A stretch of DNA of 64,000 bases, taken from NCBI RefSeq assembly GCF_009914755.1, contig NC_060929.1. The stretch is one strand, 5' to 3'. The stretch comes from the human T2T-CHM13v2.0 reference genome, Homo sapiens. Each line of letters begins with the position of its first letter. Position 1 is the stretch's first letter. Of the stretch, positions 48,739 to 64,000 are shown one piece after another. A program made the position numbers and the translations under genes. The notes under the pieces were generated by a model. It made no database searches. It was not told where the DNA came from and was given only the letters and a program-made list of their open reading frames with translations.

Positions 48739-49848
48739 AGTCATCCCTTCTTGGTGTACTGACACAAAGCCAATCCCTTGGCACTTCCCATGGGATACAC
48801 TGATGTGATAGTGAGATAAGGAGATATACTGTCCCTTGAATATATTTGTGTTTTTAAAAACTTTTGGGGTAGGAATTTTTGATATGGCAAGGAAAGTGCT
48901 AGTCGTGGTTTCTACATTGTGTTATGCAGACTCTAAAAGTTCTATGAAGCATCTCAAGAAGTTTCCAAAAGCTTATAGTAATGGAAAACATATTTCATTT
49001 CTGCCTGCTTTATGACTTCCAGACCCCACTCTGACAATAGATATATTGGTCATCAACACTCAATTGTACTACTTTTTGTAGAAAGAGCATACAGGGTCCT
49101 ATGAAGATCATACAGCAAGTGTTAAGTCTATAAACAAAATTCAAGGCACCTGGTTAATTATTTTCTTTTGTCCTGAAGTATTATAATATGTTATGTGAAA
49201 TAAGTGGAACTTTAATTTAAATCTGAAACTCTTTTGTCAAAGTAAGAATACACATAATCTTGATTTGTTTTGCTTTGGGGTTTTTAATTTGTTTGTTTTT
49301 GAGAAGGGGTCTCCCATGTTGCCCAGGGCTCAAGTCATTGTCCCGAGTAGCTGAGACTACAGGTGCATACCACCAAACCCAGCATATACATAACCTCAAC
49401 CCAGCAATTATAGTTCTGGGAATCTCTCCTAGAATATACTCACACATGCATACAAATATCTATCTACCTATATCTATTTATCTATCTATCTATGTAAAAG
49501 CATACTTATTGCAGCCTGTTTGCACTAACAGAAGACCAGAATAATTGGTTAAATATCATAGAATATGATTGGTTAAATATCATAGAATATCCTTCCCATA
49601 TAACAAAATACTATAAACCAATTAAATAATAAATAATTATTAAATAAATAGCAATTATATGCCCAGAACCTTCTTAAGTGCTGAATAAGAATAAAAATAA
49701 GTATAAGCCATGGTTCTTGTCCTGAAGGAGTTTACACCCTGTTTAGGTAGAGTCAAAGATGCCCAGTATATATCTAGCTTTGAATCATATGTCTTCTATG
49801 TGAGTCAACTTCTTGATTGGTGTTCTTGTAAAAAGATCTCCTGGACCT

Positions 49849-50450
<602 letters not shown>

Positions 50451-51014
50451 TTAAGCACAGTAGTTTTAAAATACGTCCATATTAACTTGCTATTTTGACA
50501 ACTGTTATGTGCCAGGCACTTTTCTTGACACTACATGATTTGGGGGAAGCTAATGGTTTGGGCTTCCTCATATGTTGGGTTTGAACTATCTGTAGATTTC
50601 CAGATAAAGATTAATTTGCTCTTTTAGCAAACATTGATTGAGAACCTAATATGAGCCAGGCACTATCATACACATTGGAGAAGCAGAGGTGAAAAAATAT
50701 GTAGTGTACTATGAGAGACATATCGTGGCTATAGGATTAATAATAGCCATAAGGTCCACTCAAACATCTTGCAAGGTCCTATGCTATATAAGCTACACTA
50801 CAAAAATAATAATAATGTCACTCTAATTACTCAGCCCTTACTCTAAGATAGACATTTTGTATAAATAAGCTCATTAAATACCATTAACAACTCTATAAGG
50901 TACACATTCATATCCCCAATTTACAGTTGGGGAAACTGAGGCTTATATAAGATAGGTGACTTGATAAAAATCTCACAACTAGTAACAAATAGTAACTTGC
51001 TTTGAACGTCCATA

Positions 51015-52160
<1,146 letters not shown>

Positions 52161-52186
52161 AGCTGAAAGATATACACATTCTAGAA

Positions 52187-52399
52187 CAAGGGGTCCATAA
52201 ACTTTTTCTTGAAGACCCAGATAGTAAATATTTTAAGCTTGTGGGCTATATGGTCTCTGTTGGAGCTACTCAACTCTGCCATTGTAGCAGGAAAGCAGCC
52301 ATAGACAATAGGTAAGCAAATTGGCATGGCTGTGTTCCAATAAAACTTTATTTGCAAAAACAGGTGGCAGGCATGTGAATTGTTGTTTGCCAATCCCTG
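52187..52399. mobile_element. MER58A-like transposon
   Basis: caaggggtcc-like start, aaactttttct ... tttgccaatccctg; tctaga-containing flanks. Confidence 0.8.
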
Positions 52400-52476
52400 C
52401 TCTAGAGAAAACAATTATAATAATATTAAGCAATTATTAGAATGGAATAAAGGAAGCTGTGGGATTTCTCAGCTTA

Positions 52477-53014
<538 letters not shown>

Positions 53015-53389
53015 TTAAACAAGCAAAGCAATTTGGTTAAGGGCGGAAAGAAGATTATTTCCTATTAACACCTGGAAATACAACCAGGAACTAAAAAGCA
53101 GTTGATAACTGTAGTAGAAATTAAAAATTGACCCAAACTTTACTTAAGTCTATTTCTTAACATTATGGTCTAAGTGTGTCACATCTTCTTTGTGTTCAAA
53201 TCTGCAAATTTACCAAACCATTATTATGGAAAAAACTCATAACAAACTGGAATTACATGCTACTAGATATCTGTTAGAAAGAAGCCTGACTGTTTGGACC
53301 TTACCATCATAGCCCAGGATCACTATTTGTAGTGGCAAGTTCTCAAACTGCAGATTTGCCATGCAGCAGGCAACCCCAGACCTAATATA

Positions 53390-53630
53390 ATAACAGCTAA
53401 TATTTATTGAATACTTACTAAACATGAGGCACTGGCTAAGTACATCACATGTATTATTTCACTTAATCTTCCCAATAATCCTATAAGGTCGGTGTTATTA
53501 TTATCCCCATTTTACAGATGAGAAAAACTGGGGCTCAGTAAGTAATTTGTCCAGGGTCACTCAACTAATAAGTGGCCGAGTTAGAATTTGAACCCAGGCG
53601 GTCTACTCCTGAAGCCCATGGTCTTAACTG
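53390..53630 (-). mobile_element. MIR
   Basis: ttattatccccattttacagatgagaaaaactggggctcag. Confidence 0.85.
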
Positions 53631-54142
53631 GTGCCCTCTGCAAGCCCTGAGAAGACAAGGTTAAGTATAACATTGTACGATCGCTATGACCTCACATTTT
53701 CCTTCACACAAGATCAATTTAGTTGGGTGAAGATAATTCAAATCCACTAAACAATTGAAAAACACTCTTAAAACACAATAGCAACAATCATACATTACTA
53801 TACAGTGGAGTAGTATCTAACAGAGGGTTGTTTCCTAAATCAACATGAAAGGAAAAAAACTAAATATAGGCTAATTATCCCCAAAATTCCTTAAATTGCT
53901 CATAAAGTGCAGTTCTGTAGACTCAGATTTGTAAGGAAACAACAGATTCACATCTCCCTTCTTATGCTCACTCTAGGATATATCCTCATTTAGGGGGATG
54001 GATGAAGATTTATCTTCAAAATTTAAATTCTCCCTCCTCTCCTTTCCTCCCTCTTTCTCACTGAGTATATATAGTTGAATGTAAATAATTTTAAAATAGT
54101 ACTTATGACGTTACTCTGCTGTAATACAAATCTAGAACAGAA

Positions 54143-54277
54143 CATAAATGCTAAGGTGCCCCAAAGTAAAGAATATTAATAAATCCTCATAAATGCTAAG
54201 GTACCCCGAAGTAAAGAATAATAATAAATCATCATACATGCTAAGGTACCCCAAAGTAAAGAATATTAATAAATCCT
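54143..54277. repeat. Minisatellite, 3 x 45 bp
   Basis: Unit cataaatgctaaggtaccccaaagtaaagaatattaataaatcct starts at 54143, 54188 and 54233. Confidence 0.95.
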
Positions 54278-54793
54278 CTATTATCAAATGCAGCACAGGA
54301 ATAAGTACTTCAGGGGTATTTTGACACATCTTTGTCATGGCATATCCACAAAGTCCATTCTTTTAAGCAGGCCATCTTAGCCTACCCTGTGCATGAACCT
54401 TATCCAGGCAACAGAACCTGTGTCACAAGCAGAGCAAAGTTCTCTTTCCTCCTCATTGTCTACAATTGGTACAGCAGTTGATAGGGCTTTTTGAAATGAC
54501 AGATAAAGCTGTCGGGTTCTGAACTCAAATAGCTGGGACCAAGAAGTTTAGAAGACACTGCTTGGAAAAAGAGAAGTGAGGCAACAAGAGGGCAGAAAAA
54601 GACAATTAAGGAGGATCTGCCAGGGAACTGGTTTCAGAGGAAGAAGGCAAAGAAAGGTGGAAAATGAGAAAAACCTCTCTGCAAAAACCGTATGTCCTAC
54701 ATATTCCCTCGTTATATTAAGCCAAGTTCAAGTGCTTGTTCATAAACAGAATCATCATAAGGTTAAAAAAGAAAAAAAGGAGGGGTCGAAACA

Positions 54794-55559
<766 letters not shown>

Positions 55560-56658
55560 TGGATTGTAAAAGAGAGAGCGGGGAGGTAGGAAGACAATCG
55601 GCGATTTAAAGATTTATGCAGAGACTTGGGGTCAAGACCTAAAGCAGGAAAGTTGGAGATTCCATTTTATCCTGCTGTATTGCATTCTGTGCCCTGGGCG
55701 CCCTCATGCCAGTGAAGGCCGTGCTTTCATTGAGCTCCTTCACTTGCCTTGGCAGCTGCACTCACTTTTATATGCAGGTTCTGGAATGCTGGGAGCTGTA
55801 TGGCAGCCAACATCTCTCCTCTCCGTTCTCAAACATGACGTTCTCTGCAATTCAGTTACAGACACCTCTTTCCTTAGCCTTCTCACCCAGGGAGGCTGAT
55901 CAAGGAACCTAACTAAGAACTAAGCCTCATTTGCCTTCTCTGGATATGCAAGTGAATTTGCATATATCTTGTGTCCATTTGCATTCCCCTCACATGGGGC
56001 ATTTAGAATAAAAACAACATTCATGAATCAAAATGAAGCTAGTTCCATTCTTTCTCTGTCAAAGTATAGAGTAAGTAAAAGGATACTGCAGTGTGAGAAA
56101 AGAACCGAAATTATATTTGCCAGGGTTATGTGTAGTTTTAAAAGCAATCCAATTTGGTGGCATTTACCACCATGAAATTGGCATTTAATATTTATAGGTT
56201 TAGCCTTGGAGAACATAATCACTCATGACTGAAACAGCCACCCCTTTCCTTACCATTCTTGTAGAAATTTGAGCCAAGAGCCCTTAAAAGCTGAAGCTGT
56301 CCTCTTTTCCTCCTCCAGGTTGCCACTTAAAGTGTGGAAAGCCTAAGGGTTCCTGATGACTGATTCCTCCATTTGAGACAAAGTGGCTGAGGAACAGATT
56401 AAAAAGTATGAAAAAAAAGGAGTATTGCTCCTCATGCCCCCTGAGCCCCTTTGGGAGCTGAAAGAATTAAGGAAAAGAAAAGAGTAGGCTGGTATGAATG
56501 CTGCACAGAATTTCCTCTAAAGAAACCAGCCAGTGGACAGTGGACTACTAGTCTCAAAAGGAGATGGAGCTCAATATGACAAAAACTGATATTGTAAATA
56601 ACAAGGGCAAGTTCATTATAGAGTTGTTTTTTAAAAATAGAACTGATAGGTAAGACTA

Positions 56659-57058
<400 letters not shown>

Positions 57059-58011
57059 AGGATGACTCAATCCTTCACACCTTGAAAAAAGTCCTTTCAG
57101 TGCATTTAACCTCCTTATTTAAAAATACCTGGTTATTAGATAACTTTCTGGTTACTGGTTAATTGGTAACCAAGAAAGCAGTGCACTGAACAGTGGATTT
57201 CCATTTTCAAATAAGCTTATACCTGCTACTGTAATTTAATGAAGTGGCATCCTGGTTTTTGATGAAGAGTTTTATAAATTTGATTCATATAAACTGATGC
57301 CCAATTCAACTCTTGATTGAATTGACAAAAATCAAGCCCCTGAGCATGTTACTGAGCCTCATCATCTCTTCCTTTAAAATGTTATATGCATCTAGAGAAA
57401 TATTATGACAAGCATGCAGAGATATATGAACAGAGAGGTTGCTTAATCATTGTTCTAATAGTCAAAAAAGGAAAAAGTCTTGGAAGTTATTTAAATGTCC
57501 ATTAGTAGGAGATGAACTAAATATATTATGGGAAACTTATACCATGTAAAACTCTAACACTATTAAAAATAATAATATAGATTTGTATTTGATAATACAG
57601 AAAAAATTTTGAAGATATATTATTAAATACATAATGTACATCAGAACAAATAGTATGATTCAACTTAGGTAAAACTAAATATATATTCATGTGTGTATGA
57701 CATTTGTTTGTGATCAAAGTTTTGTGGAACAATAGCAGTATCAATATTAATAGTTGCCTGTTTAGAGTGGGATTGAAAAAGTATTAGGGGAACAGGGGAC
57801 TTGTACTTTATAAAGTACTTCTGTAACACTTTAAATATTTACAATGGCCATGTGGTTCCTTTTATAATGAGTATTAACTTGCAGTAACTAACATATAATA
57901 ATTGAAGTAATTAATATACTACATATTTATATGAATTTACTAGTTGATATGTATACATATATTATACACACACACACACACACAAAGTGAGTGCAAGAGT
58001 AAGCACTAATT

Positions 58012-58141
58012 GGACCAGGTGTGACGGCTCATGCCTGTAATCCCGGCACTTTGGGAGGCTGAGATGGGAGAATTGCTTGAGGCCAGGAGTTCAAGACCAG
58101 TCTGGGCAACTTAGCGAGACCCCACCTCTGTTTAAAAAAAA
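58012..58141 (+). mobile_element. FLAM
   Basis: Left monomer; TSD agcactaat. Confidence 0.85.
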
Positions 58142-58664
58142 AGAGAGAGCACTAATGTATGTGAAAGAAAATATGCAGAAGACAGACTGTGAGAAGAAGA
58201 GAGGGAATAAGTCCCAGTGACACTATCCAGCCCCTAGCTCAAGGCATAACTAAGACAAATTACCCCTAGATTTTTCCATCATGTTAGTCAATAAGTTTCC
58301 ATTGGTACTTAAGCTATTGTAAGTTAGATTTTCTGTCACATGCAACAAAAGAATCCTAAATGACTTGGGTCAGTTATTAAGGATTCCATGTGGCAAGGTT
58401 AGAAATTAGGGCTTTATCTTATGAGATGCCACTTGCTTAAAAGTTAACAATAAAGCAAAGTTTTAAAGCAGATATAAGGTATAATAAAAGTTATTTGGTG
58501 AATATCATACTTTTTGTTATCAAGGGAGGAAATTACCACCAAGAGTAATTTGTTTTGACGGGATAGCATAACAAGAGTAGAAATAAGATTAAGTCCCAAA
58601 CTTGGCTGGGCTCTGGAACTAGAATACTTGCCCTCCATGTCATTCTATTGTAGCTAGATCTTAG

Positions 58665-59056
<392 letters not shown>

Positions 59057-59353
59057 GGGAGCAATTGAACTTCCTAGAGTATGGTTTATCTTCATAATAT
59101 TTTCAAGATAATATAGGTTTTCAATGAATATGGTAGTGATAATGCTGCCTATTTTAACAGCCAATTAAATGTAACAGAAAATATAATGCCATATGAATGG
59201 TGCATCTAAAGCCACTGGATGTGAAATTCATATTTTCAATGTATAGTAATAATCATGTGATAGCAATAATTATTGATTTGTGAAAAAAGTTTAAAAGGAA
59301 AAATTAAGAAAGTTGGGTATTACTCATGGTTCTTTAATAGTTTTGTGTGATTG

Positions 59354-60022
<669 letters not shown>

Positions 60023-61070
60023 GAAAATAATAATACTGCACTCATACTCCTGATACAAGGAGATTTAAACATGGCTTTGACCGTCTTCATCTATATTTAT
60101 CAGGCACTTGAAGAACATCAGGGAAAGCTATTCTAGGAATAGAATAATAATAATGAAAGATAAAATGTATTGACTACCTACTATATTCTGGGTACTATTC
60201 CAAATGTTTTACATGTATTAAATCATGTATGCCCTACAACAACCCTATGAAATAAATCTAATTATCATCCCTATGTTACTGAGGCTCAGAAAATTTGTGA
60301 TTCTTGCCCAAAAGCCAGAGCTAGCCATGATTTGAACCCAGGCATCTATAATGTCTCTGCACTTAGCTAATCATATGGTAAATAATCTAGAGTAAAATAA
60401 TAAGCATGAAGAAACAACTCTGAGGAGTCAAAAGAGATGTCAAAAGTTTTTAAATGTTTTTTTGTTTTGCCATAAGGGATTCTCTTGGGCTAAAGAACTA
60501 TTGACTTTTTATTTCAGGCACAATTTTAACAAGTTTGTCAATGTTTTTCAAATCCGTGGGAGAAGATAAGGACAAATAAAAATGCTGATTTCAAAGAGAA
60601 AAGAAGAAAGGGACAGCAAAATGAAAACACTGACAAAAATAACAAGATGCACAGTAAGTATGGGCCTCTTTAAGATAATGCAAACATACTTACCTACTAC
60701 AACAGCCAATGAGGATATCACTGTGGTACAGCATAAATAACTGCCACTCCCAGTAACTACACTGAAGCCATCGATTAGAAGTTAAATGATGTATTTTAAA
60801 AGTCATCACTCTGTTTAAGAGAGGGTCAAGGTCCAGACAGAAGTCCCTCTCCCAGAGAAAGATTCCAATTAAAAGAAACCTGAGGATCCTAGAAACATCC
60901 TAGAAAGGATTCTAACCAAGCAAATGGGAAGTCCAGAACTCCCAAGGGAGATAAACATCTTCTCAGATAATTTTTTACTATCTTTGATGGACAAGATTAA
61001 GAGGACATGAGTTAAGAGGAACCTAGCCTCACACATTGTAGAAAAATAAGGACTGAAATAATCCTGGTCC

Positions 61071-61187
61071 TTTTTTTTTTTTTTGAGATGGGTTCTTGCT
61101 ATGTTGCCCAGGCTTGTCTCAAACTCCTGGGCTCAAGCCATCCCCACAAAATGCTAGGATTGCAGGTATAAGCCACTGTGCCCAGCC
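61071..61187 (-). mobile_element. FLAM / Alu monomer
   Basis: TSD aatcctggt. Confidence 0.8.
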
Positions 61188-61544
61188 AATCCTGGTTCTT
61201 TAAGTTAGAGCAAACTCCTCTCTTCTTCCAGGAAGATAATATTGGCTGCCTTGAGAAGAAAAACAAAAGATGCTTCTTTGCTTTAATCCAACATAGATGT
61301 AAGAACAAAATCTGATAAAGGTATCACAACTAAATAAATGCTACTGAGAAATCTTACTTAAGAATAATGATGGAAAATAGTAACTAAAATACTAGCAAAC
61401 AAAATTCAGTGACATCTTAAGAGAATTAAACACCAGACCAAGTGAGATCATATCAGGAATGCAAGGATAGTTCAACATTAGGAAACTTATTGTGATAATC
61501 ATATTAACAATCAAAAGAGAAAAGTATATTACCTTCTCTTTTGA

Positions 61545-62330
61545 GTGATTTATTGATTCATTCATCCCGACAATTATTTATTAAGCACCTACTATGTGCC
61601 AGGTGCTATACTAGATGCTTGGGATATGGCAGTGAGCCAAAATGGAAAAAATCTCTGCCCTCAAAAGCTTACATTTTCATCAAGGGAGATATACAACAAA
61701 TGATTAAGCAAATAAATAATAACACCTGGTAGTGATAAGTGCTATGAAGAAAATAAGGCAGGCTAAAAGAGAATGATGGGAAGGATGCTATTTAATATAG
61801 GTGACTGGGGAAGGCCTCTCTGTTAAGATTATACTTGAGCAAGATCTAAAGGAGGTAAGAAAGCTAGCCAAGGGAATATCTGGGGGAAACTCATTCCAAG
61901 TAGAGAGAAAAGCAAATGCAAAGGCCCAGAACTGGGAGAGTGCTTAGCATTCTCCTAAGGTCACTGAAATGGCTGGACTAGAGTAAGCAAATTGGAGACT
62001 AGAAGAACACAAGATCAGAGAGGAGGAGGGCAGAGGAAACAAATCATATATGACCCGTAGGCCATAGTAAGGACATTGGCTTTTATTCTGATTGAGACCT
62101 ATTATCACTAGAAGGTTTTGAATAGAAGCATGACATGATCTGGGCTCTGTAATAAAAAGACTGTTCTGACTGCTAGGTTGAGAACAGACTCCAGGGATAA
62201 AGGTAGAAGCAAGTGACGAGATAGGAGAATGCTGCAGCAGTACAAGTAAGAAATTATGGTGGCTGGTATTCAGGATGGCAGTAGTGAATGTGGTGAGAGG
62301 TGGTTACATTCTAAATATGTAACGAATTCT
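61545..62330 (-). mobile_element. L2 3' fragment
   Basis: ttcattcatcccgacaattatttattaagcacctactatgtgccagg. Confidence 0.85.
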
Positions 62331-63249
62331 ATTATACTATGAAGCTGCTGATGTACATGAAAATATTTAATCTGTATCAATTCAGTTTCTCCAGAGAAGG
62401 ATCCTCTTATCTCCTCCCTAGGGATAGCAACAGTCTGGCTGCTAGCTTTCTGAAGCTGGGTCAGGAAAAATGCATAACATTCTGCTTTAGAGTTCAGTTT
62501 TATGTTTTTATACCATATCCTTGTTTTCATACCCATTCCTTAGAGCCTGATATACCCAAGTCCACATCCTTTCTAGTTCAATTTTTCCAAAGAAGATACC
62601 TTCTGTCTCCTGTATGGGGAAAGAGAGGAAAGTGTCTATTTGGGGTGGAAGTAGGAGTAAGGATCTGGGTCCTATCTGATCCTTATATAGACCTTCCAAT
62701 AATCCAGCCCCTTTCAGCCCCTTCCCTCCTTGCACATATACTTCACCTGCTGTGGCTTTCTGAGGTTCCATAAGACAAATTAGTGTGCTTCTTGCTGGTG
62801 TTCTCTTCCTCTGCAGTACCTAGGTTTGAATTTCCTCTGCCTTGCTAAGTCATTTTTCATTTCTCCATCCACTTTTAGCCTTCATATACTATGCCTTCGG
62901 GTTAAAGATGTTTCCTAATGTCATTGAATATGGAGTCTGTGTTTTTATTTCTTGTCTTCCTCATACAAATATCTTTAAACATGTTAAAATATGCCTAATA
63001 TCACTTAAATTAGAAAACAGCATGTTAAAACTTTAATAAGTTACTACTTTCCACCAACAGATTAGCAAACATCATTTACAAGGTTATTGGCAAGCTTCAG
63101 TTGCTTGCTGGCTGTTGGCTGGAAATCTCAGTCCTCTGCCATGAAAGCCTTTCCATAGGCAAGTTGCCTGAGTGTCCCCAAGACCAGGAGGCTGACTTCC
63201 CTCAGAACAAGTGAGAGAAGAGAGAGCTCAAGACAAAGGTTGCAGTGTT

Positions 63250-63964
<715 letters not shown>

Positions 63965-64000
63965 AGATATTTCTTTCTCTCACTTTTCTAGATCCAAGAA

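Noticed and set aside
54143-54277. CRISPR-like array
   Set aside because: Contiguous tandem units with no unique spacers, in a mammalian genome.

Overview
Primate, almost certainly human, genomic DNA. The only protein-coding feature I can support is exon 1 of NRG2 (neuregulin-2) on the minus strand (CDS 14172->13473, 700 nt, phase-1 GT donor), inside a CpG-island promoter. Bases 1-13472 are the proximal part of NRG2 intron 1. Bases ~14.7-64 kb are repeat-dense upstream DNA: about 35 Alu/FLAM copies, L1M and L2 fragments, MIRs, MLT1 LTRs, and Tigger/MER DNA transposons. Almost all other ORFs in the track are Alu- or LINE-derived or GC-rich artefacts. I found no convincing new multi-gene system. 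The best leads are: (1) an out-of-frame AUG 13 nt upstream of the NRG2 start, which opens a 211-aa poly-Gln overlapping ORF that stops 77 nt before the first splice junction; (2) a three-AUG, leaky-scanning-like layout with a signal-peptide start at Met93; (3) several local templated rearrangements, namely a ~280-bp inverted duplication, a ~190-bp direct duplication, tandem hairpins and a chimeric AluSp/AluY. Repeat family names and boundaries were assigned by eye from remembered consensus sequences and need RepeatMasker/Dfam confirmation.
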